A stretch of 64,000 nucleotides of DNA from Escherichia coli (lineage in GTDB: Bacteria; Pseudomonadota; Gammaproteobacteria; Enterobacterales; Enterobacteriaceae): NCBI RefSeq assembly GCF_003334815.1, contig NZ_QOWO01000007.1; one strand, written 5' to 3'. Below are positions 48,342-60,200 of this stretch, in pieces. The notes below the pieces were generated by a model that saw only the letters and a list, made by a program, of their open reading frames with translations, was not told the DNA's origin and did not search any database. The position numbers were made by a program, and so were the translations under genes. Each line of letters starts with the position of its first letter. Positions within the stretch are counted from its first letter, which is position 1.

Positions 48342-48667
48342 TGAGTGATTCCAACAGCCGTCTGGTCTACTCAACGGAAACCGGACGTATTGATGAGCCC
48401 AAAGCGGCCCCTGTACGCCCTAAAGGCGACGGTGTGGTGCGTATTCAGCGTCAGACCAGTGGACGTAAAGGTAAGGGCGTTTGCCTGATTACCGGTGTCG
48501 ATCTCGATGATGCCGAACTGACAAAACTTGCAGCGGAACTGAAGAAAAAATGCGGCTGCGGCGGAGCAGTTAAAGATGGAGTTATTGAAATCCAGGGCGA
48601 TAAGCGTGATTTATTAAAATCACTACTTGAAGCGAAAGGGATGAAGGTAAAACTCGCAGGCGGTTAA
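48341..48667 (+). CDS. yciH: SUI1/eIF1-like translation factor
   Basis: 108 aa [20 protein letters not shown]; start overlaps the pyrF stop. Confidence 0.9.
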   Translation: MSDSNSRLVYSTETGRIDEPKAAPVRPKGDGVVRIQRQTSGRKGKGVCLITGVDLDDAELTKLAAELKKKCGCGGAVKDGVIEIQGDKRDLLKSLLEAKGMKVKLAGG

Positions 48668-48670
48668 CAT

Positions 48671-48700
48671 AAAAAGCCACGGATATATCCGTGGCTTTCG
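48671..48700. terminator. hairpin terminator between yciH and osmB
   Basis: agccacggatatatccgtggct flanked by aaaaa and tttcg. Confidence 0.75.
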
Positions 48701-48792
48701 AATATTTTACTGTGCGTATTATTCAGTTATTTCGTACTGAACAGAATCAAGCGTATTATAATTGCGAGTCGATAATCGACATTTATTTACGA

Positions 48793-49011
48793 TTATTTAC
48801 CGACCTGGTGACCAATAACACCACCGACAGCTGCACCACCTAATGTACCCAACGTACTGCCATCGGTCAGTACTGCACCGCCTAATGCCCCTGCACCCGC
48901 GCCGATTGCGGTGTTGCGGTCCCGTTTAGACCAGTTAGAACAGGCACTCAGAGACATTGCCAAAGTAATTGCCAGAACAGCCGCGGTCATTTTTTTGCTC
49001 GTTACAAACAT
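48793..49011 (-). CDS. osmB: osmotically inducible lipoprotein B
   Basis: 72 aa with lipobox LSAC and Gly-rich repeats. Confidence 0.93.
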   Translation of the reverse strand: MFVTSKKMTAAVLAITLAMSLSACSNWSKRDRNTAIGAGAGALGGAVLTDGSTLGTLGGAAVGGVIGHQVGK

Positions 49012-49279
49012 AATACTCTCTCCTGAATTTATGATTCACGGAAGTAAGCTCTCTATAACTATAATAGCTAAGAATAAGCCTGGTGAAATTATTCCGTGAA
49101 ATCTGCTCGCGCGCAGGGTTATATCACGCAGGTGATAATGACTTCCTGTTATATCGCTGATAATAATTTTATATCTTGAGAGTGTTAATAACAGGTAAAT
49201 AGTCTTAATTATCAACCAGGAATCATCTTAGAGCGGATGATTTGCCAAACTGCAAATCATCCGTAGAGAAGGGAAATGG

Positions 49280-50029
49280 TTAAATGTCAACGACGTGAAC
49301 GGTGAGTTTACTGTGCTCAAGATGCATCAGATCGCTGGCGCGTATTTTCGAATCGGTAATCACGCGATTGAATCGCTCAACGGGACCGATGGAGTATGAA
49401 TGTACAGCACCAAATTTCGAGCTGTCAGTCAGGACTATCGCTTCGCACTCTTTTTCCAGCACGGCATTGACCACATCGGTACGCATCATATCGCGACCGG
49501 TAAATCCAGTTTCAGGTTGCCAGCCATCAATACCAATAAATGCTTTGCTGAAATGCACCTGTTGGATGCACTGGCGTGTCAAAGGGCCAACCATACTTTC
49601 GCTTTTTTTCTGATACACGCCACCGAGCAAAATAACTTCACAAGGCGCGTCTTTCAGCAAATGCGCGATGTAGCTGCTGACCGTGATGATAGTGACATTT
49701 TTCTTCTGCTCGCCCAGAGTCCGGGCGAGTAGGGCATTGCTGCTGCCATTTTCGATAAAGATGGTTTCGCCCGGTTGAACCAGCGACGCGGCAAACTCGG
49801 CGAGTTCACGCTTCAGCGTATAGTTGCTCATCATACGGGTTTCGACGTCATCACTATCAAGCGAAACAGCAAAGCCATGTGCACGGCGGAGGTAACTCAG
49901 TTTTTCGAGTGTGTTGAGATCCTGGCGAATGGTAACTTCAGAAACTCCAGTGGCTTTTGCCAGATCGGTTACGCTAACCTGACCCTGGTCAATGACCATC
50001 TGTAGAATAGTTTGTTGTCGGGAATTCAT
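49280..50029 (-). CDS. yciT: DeoR-family transcriptional regulator
   Basis: 249 aa; N-terminal HTH followed by DeoR C-domain. Confidence 0.88.
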   Translation of the reverse strand: MNSRQQTILQMVIDQGQVSVTDLAKATGVSEVTIRQDLNTLEKLSYLRRAHGFAVSLDSDDVETRMMSNYTLKRELAEFAASLVQPGETIFIENGSSNALLARTLGEQKKNVTIITVSSYIAHLLKDAPCEVILLGGVYQKKSESMVGPLTRQCIQQVHFSKAFIGIDGWQPETGFTGRDMMRTDVVNAVLEKECEAIVLTDSSKFGAVHSYSIGPVERFNRVITDSKIRASDLMHLEHSKLTVHVVDI

Positions 50030-50118
50030 CGCTGTAATTCTTATAACGTTATAATACTTAATAAAAAAATACTGACGCGCCGGGCATCCTCAAATAGGAA
50101 AACCTGAAGGCACGATTG

Positions 50119-50292
50119 TTAAATCTCCCACGGTGCCTTCGGGATGTCTGGCGTAGATTCAGCAACCTGGCGCAAGAGTTCTGCTTTAAGTATCTCGAGA
50201 TTATGGATCGCAGAGTGGTAATCGCCTGCCACAAGGATATCTAACACAATATCAATACGTTCGGCAACGCGCTGGGCATCAAATTCAGACAT
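50119..50292 (-). CDS. yciZ: UPF0509 small protein
   Basis: 57 aa from [20 protein letters not shown]. Confidence 0.75.
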
Positions 50293-50439
50293 CAAGGACA
50301 TCCTTATAGCAAAAGGGGGAAAATGAATAATGCAAAAATTGCCGCTAAAAGAGAAGTGTTTAACAGCAACGGCTAATTATCATCCAGGAATACGATATAT
50401 AATGACGGGATATAGCGCTAAGTATATATATTCATCTAC

Positions 50440-52425
50440 TTATGCGCGCTTCAGATAGCGTTTATACCAGCGTTCGAAGGCGACGGCGGGCATCGGTTTG
50501 GCAAACAAAAATCCTTGCCGCTCATTGATCCCGTTCTTGGTTAAAAAAGCATCTTCCTTTGCACTCTCTACACCTTCGGCGATCACCTGAAGATTCAATG
50601 CCTGGGCCACAGCGACGATCGCCCGGACCAGTGACTGCGAGACAGGTTGTTTGTGAATATCTCGAACAAAAACCTGGTCAAGTTTGATGGCATCGATCGG
50701 AAAGCGCGCCAGTTGCGAAAGTGAAGAGTAGCCGGTACCAAAATCATCCAGATGCACTTGCGCACCTAGTTGGCTAAATTGTTGAATAACAGACAGTGCC
50801 AGTTCATCATTCTCAATCAGACAACTCTCTGTCAGTTCAACATCTATAGGGCAGTATTCAAAATTGAGTTCCTGGAGAACCTGTTTCAGGGCGGTGAAAA
50901 TGGTTTGATCGGCGAGCTGACGTGCAGAAATATTTACCGCCACTCGCAGGTTTATGCCTTTATCCCGCCACTTTGCCACCTGGCGTACGACATCGAGAAT
51001 CACCCAACGGCCTAAAGGCACAATTAGCCCTGACTCTTCGGCGTAGGAAATGAAGTCCAACGGTGGAATCAACCCACGTTCAGGTGACTGCCAACGTACT
51101 AGTGCTTCCAGACTGCGCACTTCGCCACGCCAGGTGATTTTCGGTTGATAGTGAATAACCAACTGATCGTTTTCCAGTGCTTTACGCAAGTTGGTATCCA
51201 GCCAGAGATATTCAAATACCCGTTGATTCATTTCTGGGGTAAAAACGCAAAATTGTCCTCGTCCGCCTTCCTTCGCTGTGTACATTGCTGTGTCGGCGTG
51301 ACGAATAATAGCCGTGCTGTCTGAACCATGTTCGGGAGAGAGTGCAATACCTACTGAACAGCTGGTATAAACTTCAATTAAACCAATGCGAAAGGGGAGC
51401 CGTAAGCGGGTCAAAATTCGTGATGCCATTGCTTCCAGCGCGCTTTGTGAGGTGTTGGATGCCAGTACCAGAAACTCATCCCCACCTGGACGCGCCAACA
51501 CCTGGTCATGTTCGAGACAGCTTAAAATAGCCAATGACACGTCGCGTAATAACTGGTCACCAAACAAATGCCCATAGGCGTCGTTGACCTTTTTGAAATT
51601 ATCCAAATCAAGATACACAACCCCAACTTTATTGTTATCTGCATGATTAATAGCGTGATCGATTAAATCCTGCATTGCGTTACGATTCGGCAGTCCGGTG
51701 ATACTGTCGGTATTTGCCAGAATACGCAGTCGCTCCTGAGCGCGGCGCTCTTCGGTAATGTCGGTGCCGGAACAGATTAAAAAAATCTCGTTTTTGCCAC
51801 TGCCGCTGTGGACAAATTTATTGCGAAACAGAAACAGCCGCTGGCCTTTACATGTTGGTATCCACAGTTCGACTTCATATGCATTGCCGCTTCGAAAAAA
51901 TACACGGTTATTGCGCCTGGATGCCGCAGCTTCACGACGGCTCATAAACAGTTTAAACACGCTTTGCCCAATGACGTCGTGTTCTTTCAACCCTGTGTAA
52001 TCTTCACATAACCGATTGAAGCGTTGGATATTCCCCCGGCTGTCGAGAATCACTATTGCGGAATGTGCTTCAGAAACTACCTGCTCAGCAAAGGAAAGCC
52101 CGTGTGATAAATCACGAGCAACCGCCGGTGTGTCATGCCATGCAGACGCGTTGCCAGCCCATTCCCGTTTATTGATTTTTCGTCCTACCAGATGCACAGA
52201 AAGATCGCTTTCATCGACGGTCAGACTCATCATCAGGCTGGAGGTGATGACCGTCATTTCCCTGATGCGAGCAGCCTGTTCGGCAGATAACTGCAATGTA
52301 CGATCAGGTTCTGTGGTTTCGGTGGTAGAAAAGCGCAAAACATCGCTGCTTTCCGTCAACCGCCAGTATGGATTGTGCGATCCGAGAAAGTTGTACAACG
52401 TTGTGGACTCCCTAACGGTTTTCAT
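50440..52425 (-). CDS. pdeR: c-di-GMP phosphodiesterase (PAS-GGDEF-EAL)
   Basis: 661 aa; GGDEF and EAL motifs present; formerly yciR/gmr. Confidence 0.93.
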   Translation of the reverse strand: MKTVRESTTLYNFLGSHNPYWRLTESSDVLRFSTTETTEPDRTLQLSAEQAARIREMTVITSSLMMSLTVDESDLSVHLVGRKINKREWAGNASAWHDTPAVARDLSHGLSFAEQVVSEAHSAIVILDSRGNIQRFNRLCEDYTGLKEHDVIGQSVFKLFMSRREAAASRRNNRVFFRSGNAYEVELWIPTCKGQRLFLFRNKFVHSGSGKNEIFLICSGTDITEERRAQERLRILANTDSITGLPNRNAMQDLIDHAINHADNNKVGVVYLDLDNFKKVNDAYGHLFGDQLLRDVSLAILSCLEHDQVLARPGGDEFLVLASNTSQSALEAMASRILTRLRLPFRIGLIEVYTSCSVGIALSPEHGSDSTAIIRHADTAMYTAKEGGRGQFCVFTPEMNQRVFEYLWLDTNLRKALENDQLVIHYQPKITWRGEVRSLEALVRWQSPERGLIPPLDFISYAEESGLIVPLGRWVILDVVRQVAKWRDKGINLRVAVNISARQLADQTIFTALKQVLQELNFEYCPIDVELTESCLIENDELALSVIQQFSQLGAQVHLDDFGTGYSSLSQLARFPIDAIKLDQVFVRDIHKQPVSQSLVRAIVAVAQALNLQVIAEGVESAKEDAFLTKNGINERQGFLFAKPMPAVAFERWYKRYLKRA

Positions 52426-52619
52426 GATGCATATCCTCCGGTTAACAGCGGAGTCCGCGGTTAAATAAAAGGAACAACATGACTTACATGAAATTAACGG
52501 CGGCTAAACGCATTGTTTTTTTTATATATTTATTTGTAATCCAGTTTTGGAAAAACGCCAGTTTTCAAACGAAAGTCAGTTAAAAAATCTGCCTGGATAT
52601 AACGAAGGTAGAGCGGGGA

Positions 52620-52650
52620 AATAAACGGCCCATCCATGAGGAATGGGCCG
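52620..52650 (-). terminator. rnb intrinsic terminator
   Basis: minus strand cggcccattcctcatggatgggccg followed by tttatttcc. Confidence 0.7.
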
Positions 52651-52660
52651 TGAAAGGAGA

Positions 52661-54595
52661 TTACGCGACCGGGCGCGCAATAATGCTGCGGGTTTCCATG
52701 CGGACTTCGGCAATAGTGACGTCAATAACGTCAGTCACTTTGTAAACCGTTTCACCTTTAATTTGTACAGTGCCGTTTTCCTGGCTGCAAACCAGTTCAT
52801 CGCGCACAGCGTGTAAGAAAGGTGCCGGAATAAAGGCGATAGCGCCGTTATCAACCAAACGAACACGCATGCCGCCACGGCTGATATCGACAATTTCCGC
52901 TGCGAAACGGGTGTCGGTCCCGGCTTTGTCTTTCAGGAAGCGTGCGTATAACCAGTCACCAACATCACGTTCTGCCATCCGGTTGAGACGGCGACGCTCG
53001 GCCATTTGGACAGTGATTTCATCCTGTGGGCGCGTCGCAGTTTCGCCTTTGATAACCGCTTTCAGCAGACGGTGGTTGATCATGTCGCCATATTTACGGA
53101 TCGGCGAAGTCCAGGTGGCGTATGCTTCCAGACCGAGGCCAAAGTGAGGACCGGGTTCAGTGCTAATTTCAGCAAATGACTGGAAGCGACGAATGCGGCT
53201 GTCGAGGAAACCAGTTGGTTGCGCGTCCAGTTCACGACGCAGTTTGCAGAAACCGTCCAGCGTGAGCACTTCTTCGGCATCGACATGCAGACCGTGCGTT
53301 TTCAGCAACGCTGCCAGCGCGTCGGCATTCGCCGGATCAAAGCCCATATGCACGTTATAGATGCCAAAACCGAGCTTATCGCGCAGTACGCGGGCCGCAC
53401 AAATGTTAGCGGCAATCATCGCTTCTTCGACGATACGGTTGGCAATGCGACGAGGCTCGGCGACGATATCCAGCACTTCACCTTTTTCACCGAGAATAAA
53501 GCGGTAATCCGGGCGATCTTTAAACACCAGTGCGTGGTTATGACGCCACTCGCCGCGGCGTTGGCAAATTTGCGCTAGCAAACGGACTTGTTCGGCAATT
53601 GCTTCACTTTCAGGCTGCCAGTCACCGGTATTTTCCAGCCAGTCAGAAACCTGGTCATACACCAGCTTTGCTTTGGATTCGATGGTGGCGGCAAAGAATT
53701 CGATATTATCTTCAATGGTGCCATCAGCGGAGAGCGTCATGCGGCATGCCAGTACCGGGCGGACTTCATTGGCGCGCAGTGAGCAGAGATCGTCAGAAAG
53801 CTCGCGAGGCAGCATAGGGATGTTGAAGCCAGGCAGATAGTTGGTGAATGCGCGAATTTTCGCGGCTTTGTCCAGCTTGCTGCCTTCAGCAATCCACGCG
53901 GTTGGATCGGCAATCGCCACAATCAGCTGAAGTTTGTCATCCGGCAACGCCTTAGCGAAAAGGGCGTCATCCATATCTTCTGTGCTGGCACTGTCGATGG
54001 TGACAAAATCCAGCGCGGTCAGATCTTCACGAACCAGACCTTCATCGAGCATTTCGGTAGCGACGCCGTCTGGTGCTTCTTTTTCCAGATTATGGCGTGC
54101 AAGGGTAACCCACCACGGTACAAAGTGATCGTCACCAAAAGTGATGTATTGTGTCAGTTCTGCATAGAAAGAACGATCGCCTTTCAGCGGATGACGGCGC
54201 ATTTCGGCAACCGCCCAGTCGCCTTCTTTAAACTCGTGGTTCAGGCCACGGGCTGCGCGGCAAGGAATGGCGTCTTTTAAGAGTGGATGATCAGGAACGA
54301 TGGCCAGACGGTCATTTTTGCCCTGAACCTTACCCACGAAACGAGTCAGGAACGGTTCAACCAGTTCTTCTGGCTCTGCGGATTCACGTTCTTTTTCACT
54401 GTGGATCACCGCGATAATTCGGTCGCCATGCATGACTTTTTTCATCTGCGGCGGCGGAATGAAATAACTTTTTTGCGCGTCGACTTCCAGGAAGCCAAAG
54501 CCTTTTTCTGTGGCTTTTACCACCCCTTCAGCGCGTGGCGTCTGGGAATGCAGTTGCTGTTTAAGCTGCGCTAGCAGCGGGTTGTCCTGAAACAT
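52661..54595 (-). CDS. rnb: exoribonuclease II
   Basis: 644 aa [38 protein letters not shown]. Confidence 0.97.
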
Positions 54596-54662
54596 AATTG
54601 TCTATTTTGGTGGCCATTAGAGCGGCTGACAGTTTTACGCGAATCTGTCTGACGCGGCAAGG

Positions 54663-55790
54663 TTAATATGTCTCACCCAACGCGATTTTTAAGCGATTTA
54701 TCCAGCCACACAGCCCGCTCCATACCAGCAGATTAATAATCTGCGTTGATGATTTTTCGTGTTCGAGTAAAGGGCTGAACTGGGCGGCGCTAAAGCGATC
54801 GGGTGCTCGGGTCAGCCATTGTATCGCCTGAACGGTAGCGCGCTCAACAGAATGACGGTCAGCCCATTGGTTAATTTCATTTTCGCCCTTGCGCATAAGG
54901 GTGCTGATTTTTTTATATTCATTTGATGAATCCATACAGGTGGCAAAACAAGCAGGACTGCCATTTATACGCGCGCATAACAACGCCGCAAGCTGATTAT
55001 CCGGCTGTGTATTGCCCCGTGTGCTGTTTAACAACTTTTCGAGAAGGGAAAGTGAAATAGGGTGGAGAGAGAGTATTTCGGCCAGTTGGCAAAGTTCTGC
55101 AGTTGAACTTTTTGTGTGCTCTTCAGGTAGTTTTTCCACCTCATAGCTGCTTCGCCAGCGTAATGATTCATCAGCAAACAGTGACGCGTCGGCGTAGTTT
55201 TGTATCTCCAGCCCGGGTAACCAGCGTACCGGATGCCCGAGATAAGCCTGAAATGTCGCAATTGTCCGCGCCTGAAAGCCAATAAAACCAATGATTTGGC
55301 TAATGATCACACAGTCCCAGGCAGTAAGACCGACGTCATTCAGATGCTGGCGCGATCGGTTGTCGATAATAGAAGGCGAGCTAGCCAGTTGGCGGGCATA
55401 TTGCGTGATTTGTGCCAACCGATGATTACTTTCCCTGGTGGAATCAGGCCCGGGGAGCGGCGTAAGTCGCGCCGAATAGTAGTTACATAACCGCTGGACG
55501 CCGCAAACCTGAGCAACCGTCAGGGCCGTCGACAAGCGTTCATAAGCGGTGAAGGTCTGTGAACGGGTCACGGTAAGCTGGTCAGGGAACAAATCCACTG
55601 CAAGAACACGCGCAGGGTCCAGCCATGAAAGGAAGGGGGCCAGCGTTTCTTTTTCAAGGATCACGTCGAGTAGAAAGGGATCGCTGACCTTTGCGGCTTC
55701 CGGGACCAGAGGCAGAACGTCATACTCCGTAGTACTGGATTGCGTTTCATGATACCAGTGGCTTTTGCCGGTGATGTGGCGTTGTTCCAT
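54663..55790 (-). CDS. yciW: CMD-domain (AhpD-like) protein of unknown function
   Basis: 375 aa from [19 protein letters not shown] within a longer ORF. Confidence 0.8.
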
Positions 55791-55933
55791 GGGCGCTCCT
55801 TGGTCGTAAAGGAAATCGTTATCCTGACGCAAGGCGGGAAGGGGAGAAAGACGGATCGGCGATAACAAATATCAGAAAGGTATAACAGAGATAACGGGCG
55901 GCAGAACGCCGCCCATCTTTACCAACAGAACGA

Positions 55934-56722
55934 TTATTTCAGTTCGAGTTCGTTCATTGCAGCAATGCTGAAACCGCCGTCAACGTGGACCACTTCACCG
56001 GAGATACCGGCAGAGAGATCGGAGCACAGGAATGCCGCAGAGTTACCCACATCTTCAATAGTAACGGTACGGCGAATCGGGGTAACGGCTTCGCAATGAG
56101 CCAGCATTTTGCGGAAGTCTTTGATACCGGAGGCCGCCAGAGTACGGATCGGACCAGCAGAGATGGCGTTAACACGCACACCTTCCGGACCCATCGCGTT
56201 CGCCATATAGCGCACGTTCGCTTCCAGAGACGCTTTTGCCAGACCCATAACGTTGTAGTTCGGGATAGCGCGCTCAGCGCCAAGGTAGGAAAGGGTCAGC
56301 AGGGCAGAACCCGGATTCAGCATGGAGCGGCAAGCTTTTGCCATTGCAACGAAGCTGTAGGAGCTGATGTCGTGGGCAATTTTGAAGCCTTCACGGGTAA
56401 CGGCGTTAACATAGTCACCATCCAGCTGATCGCCAGGTGCAAAACCAATAGAGTGTACGAAACCGTCAAATTTCGGCCAAACTTTCCCCAGTTCAGCGAA
56501 CATGGTGTCGATGCTGGCATCTTCTGCAACATCGCACTGCAGAACGATGTCAGAACCCAATTGAGCGGCAAATTCTTCTACGCGGCCTTTCAGTTTGTCG
56601 TTCTGGTAGGTGAATGCCAGTTCAGCTCCTTCGCGGTGCATCGCCTGAGCGATACCGTAGGCGATGGATAGTTTGCTGGCAACACCGGTTACCAGAATGC
56701 GCTTACCGGAAAGAAAACCCAT
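55934..56722 (-). CDS. fabI: enoyl-ACP reductase (NADH)
   Basis: 262 aa [28 protein letters not shown]. Confidence 0.98.
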
Positions 56723-56884
56723 AGCTTTAATCCTTATTGTTGATGCTTGTTGTGCCTGAAAATCAGGCGATTCGTCGTTTTAGTAAACAGTACGAACAGA
56801 TAAACGGTTATTATAATCAACCTGGCTGTGAGTAGCTATAGTTGCCAGGTCCGACCGGAGCAGGCTGCGGCAGGGGGGCGCTTT

Positions 56885-57146
56885 TCCCCTCACCCTAACC
56901 CTCTCCCCAGAGGGGCGAGGGGACCGTATTGTGCAAATATTGTTACCCCAGCAACAAACAGGCTCATACAGCCCCTAACCCTTTCATGGCGATGGCTGGG
57001 ACGGTTCAGACCTTGCCGAATATTCTCCAGCACCGTCTCCATGTTTTCACCACAACAGCTATTCGGCTCGGTCTGCCCCCTCGCTCTTTCAGGGAGAGGG
57101 TGACCGGCGGTTCAGTTCCTGCAGAATATTCTCCAGCACCGTCTCC
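56885..57146. repeat. GC-rich palindromic extragenic repeats with degenerate tandem copies of the ycjD 3' end
   Basis: imperfect palindromes ccctctcccc-agaggggcgagggg and ccctcgctctttcagggagaggg; 38-nt segment 57003-57040 matches 57109-57146 at 34/38 positions. Confidence 0.7.
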
Positions 57147-57442
57147 TCATTACAATCAATCTCGTTATTCCAGAAACGCAGCACGGTCCAGCCCTGCGAC
57201 TCAAGCCAGCTAGTGCGCCTGGAATCATAGGCAACTGCTAAATCATGCTGCCCACCATCCAGCTCAACGACTACACGCGCCGAGCAGCAAGCAAAATCGA
57301 GAATGTAGCTCCCCACTGGATGTTGACGGCGAAATTTGAAATCACTAAAACGTCGGCTGCGAAGATATCGCCAGAGCTTTCGTTCCTGCAAAGTGAGATT
57401 GCGTCTTAAATCACGCGCATTTGATTTAATTTTATCTATCAC
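57089..57442 (-). CDS. ycjD: DUF559 (Vsr-like endonuclease fold) protein
   Basis: 117-aa ORF MIDKIKSNARDLRRNLTLQERKLWRYLRSRRF. Confidence 0.85.
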   Translation of the reverse strand: MIDKIKSNARDLRRNLTLQERKLWRYLRSRRFSDFKFRRQHPVGSYILDFACCSARVVVELDGGQHDLAVAYDSRRTSWLESQGWTVLRFWNNEIDCNEETVLENILQELNRRSPSP

Positions 57443-57509
57443 CTCATTCTGACAAGATTTAATCTTTTGTCAGAATGAGGTGAATAATCTGGAAGGAGGA
57501 TTCAGAAAA

Positions 57510-58316
57510 TTAGCGATCTTTACGCCACGCATCCGCCGTCAATGCCTCGCCAAAATGACCGGCAATCAGCCGTTTGGTGAGTTCATGCAGCGGCGATGCC
57601 AGCACATCCGCGGTGCTGCCTCGCTCGACAACCTCGCCCTGATGCATCACCAGCACCTGGTCGCTAATGTGCTTCATCATTCCGATATGCTGGGTAACAT
57701 AAATATACGAAATGCCCTGTTTTTCCTGTAATTCCAGCATCAGATTAATCAACTGCGAACGCATCGACATATCCAGTGAAGCGAGGGCTTCATCGGCAAT
57801 AATGACTTTTGGGCGCAATATCAGCGCGCGCGCCAGACCCAGACGCTGTTTTTGTCCGGGTGCCAACATATGCGGATAGTAACTGACGTGATCCGGTAGC
57901 AGCCCAACCATACGCATCGTTTCAATAATCTGTTTGCGACGCTGTTCCGGTTCCAGGTCGGTGTTCAGGCGCAGTGGAAAATCCAGAATTTGCGAGATAC
58001 GTTGACGGGGATTCAACGAGGTCGAAGGATCCTGAAAAATCATGCGAATACGCTGACTGCGGAAGGAATAATCGCCAAAATGCAGTGGATGATCGTCAAT
58101 CAATAACTCGCCGCTGGTAGGCTCTATCATTCCCGCCAGCATTTTTGCCAGCGTGGATTTACCCGAACCATTCTCGCCAATAATCGCCAGTGTCTGGCCT
58201 TCACGTAGCGTAAAGCTCAAGGGTTTTACCGCTTCTACGGTCTGACGACGAAACCAGCCGGTCCGGTAGCGGAACGTTTTACTTAAATTACGCACTTCAA
58301 GCAGCGTTTCGATCAT
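57510..58316 (-). CDS. sapF: Sap ABC transporter ATP-binding protein
   Basis: 268 aa; Walker A GENGSGKST. Confidence 0.93.
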   Translation of the reverse strand: MIETLLEVRNLSKTFRYRTGWFRRQTVEAVKPLSFTLREGQTLAIIGENGSGKSTLAKMLAGMIEPTSGELLIDDHPLHFGDYSFRSQRIRMIFQDPSTSLNPRQRISQILDFPLRLNTDLEPEQRRKQIIETMRMVGLLPDHVSYYPHMLAPGQKQRLGLARALILRPKVIIADEALASLDMSMRSQLINLMLELQEKQGISYIYVTQHIGMMKHISDQVLVMHQGEVVERGSTADVLASPLHELTKRLIAGHFGEALTADAWRKDR

Positions 58317-58317
58317 C

Positions 58318-59310
58318 TCACTCTTTCTCCATGTTCAGCGGGAAATGACAGGCATAGAGATGATTTTTCGCCCCCGTCAAACGTGGCGTCACAATGCATT
58401 CTCGTTGTGCATACGGGCAACGTGGCCCCAGACGACAACCAATCGGTAACTGTTCCAGCAGTGGGATAGCGCCGGGCAGCGTATTGAGGCGACTTTTATG
58501 CGGCATCGCGCTGCCGAAGTCTGGTATCGCGCGGATCAGCGCCTGGGTATAAGGATGATGTGGCATCGTCACCAACTCCTTACTCGGCGCGGTTTCCACT
58601 GTTTGACCGCAGTAAAGCACGTTAATTTTATCCGCCCATTGGCTAAGCATTTGTAAGTCATGGCTGATAAGCAAAATAGTGGTATTGCTGTTTTGGTTGA
58701 GACGCGTCAGCAGGCGAAAGATTTGCGCCTGGGTTGTTGGCTCCATTGAGTTGGTCGGTTCGTCAGCAATCAGCAGACGCGGTTGATTCGCCAGTGCAAT
58801 GGCTATCATCACTTTCTGACATTCACCTTCGGTCAACTCATAGGGAAAACTGCGCATCGCATCTTTGTGATCTTTAATCCCCACGCGGTGCAGCAGTTCA
58901 ATGGCACGGCGTTTGCGCCAGCCAAAACGCTGCCACCAACGGCCTTTATAGGTCCAGGCTGGGATGTTTTGCATCAACTGGCGGCCCACACGTTCTGAAG
59001 GGTCAAGACACGACTGCGGTTCCTGGAAAATCATCGACACGTTATGGCCAACCAGTTTGCGCCGTTCGCGTGCGGAGAGACGCAGCAAATCGATATCATC
59101 AAAACGCATACGGTCAGCAGTAACACGCCAGTTATCTTTATTCACCCCACAAATCGCTTTCGCAATCAAACTCTTGCCGGAACCGGATTCACCAACAAGA
59201 CCGCGGATTTCACCTTCGGTTAAGGTCATACTTACCCGGTCGACGGCTTTAACCCACTCATCACCGGTTTTAAATTCAATGGTCAGGTTACGAATATCGA
59301 GTAATGGCAT
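58318..59310 (-). CDS. sapD: Sap ABC transporter ATP-binding protein
   Basis: 330 aa; Walker A GESGSGKS. Confidence 0.93.
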
Positions 59311-60200
59311 TATTCCACCCCCGCAATAATCGCACGACGAACGCCATCGCCAAGGAGGTTAACCAACAACACGCTAATCATAATTGCCGCACCTGGCAGC
59401 ATGACAGTCCACGGGGCGACATAAATCAGTTCCAGCGCATCACCGAGCATCGCTCCCCATTCAGGCGAGGGGAGTTGTGCGCCGAGATCGAGAAAGCCCA
59501 GCGCGGCGATATCGAGAATTGCCATCGACAGTGCGCGGGTGATCTCGGTGACCAGCCCGGCGGTGATGTTTGGCATCACAGCAAACCAGAGAATATTCAG
59601 CGTTGATGCGCCATCCAGACGGGCGGCGATAACGTACTCTTTTTCCAGTTCGTCATGCACCATGCTGTAAATCGAACGTACCATACGCGGCAGCAATGCC
59701 AGCCAGACAGCAAACATAGCGTGGGACAAACTCGGTCCGGCAAACGCTACAACGATAATTGCCAACAGCAGCGAAGGGATCGCCAGTAAGGTATCCAGAA
59801 TATGGTTAAGCACCGCTGAGCGGAGGCCGTGTGTCGCCCCGGCGAAGGTGCCCAGTACCAGGCCACAGATCGTCGCGGCAAGCGTCACCACAAATGCGCC
59901 ACCCACGGTTGGCGCAGCTCCGCTCAGTAAACGGCTTAAAACATCGCGTCCGAGGTCGTCAGTCCCCAGGAAGAAAGAAACTTCGCCATAGCGCGACCAT
60001 GACGGCGGCAATAATTGATAACCGAGAAATTGCTGGTCGATGCCGTAAGGCGCAAACCAGCCGCCAAAAATACACAGTACAGCCAGCCCCGCGCAGCCGT
60101 ACAGGCCGACCATCGCAGAGGCGTCACTATAAAATTTGCGCCAGGCGGTACGCAGCGTGCCCGGCGGGCGCTTTTCGCTGTATACGCTATCGTAAGGCAT
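59310..60200 (-). CDS. sapC: Sap ABC transporter permease
   Basis: 296-aa membrane ORF. Confidence 0.93.

Noticed and set aside
49051-49065. 15-nt motif tctctataactataa shared by the osmB promoter region and the sapA upstream region (62944-62958)
   Set aside because: In 64 kb on two strands several exact 15-mer coincidences are expected by chance, especially in AT-rich promoter DNA; both copies look like -10-type TATA elements rather than a shared regulator site.
56885-57146. Possible CRISPR array, suggested by the repeated units with palindromes
   Set aside because: Units are degenerate, of unequal length, lack unique spacers and cas genes; consistent with extragenic palindromic repeats and a duplicated gene end instead.
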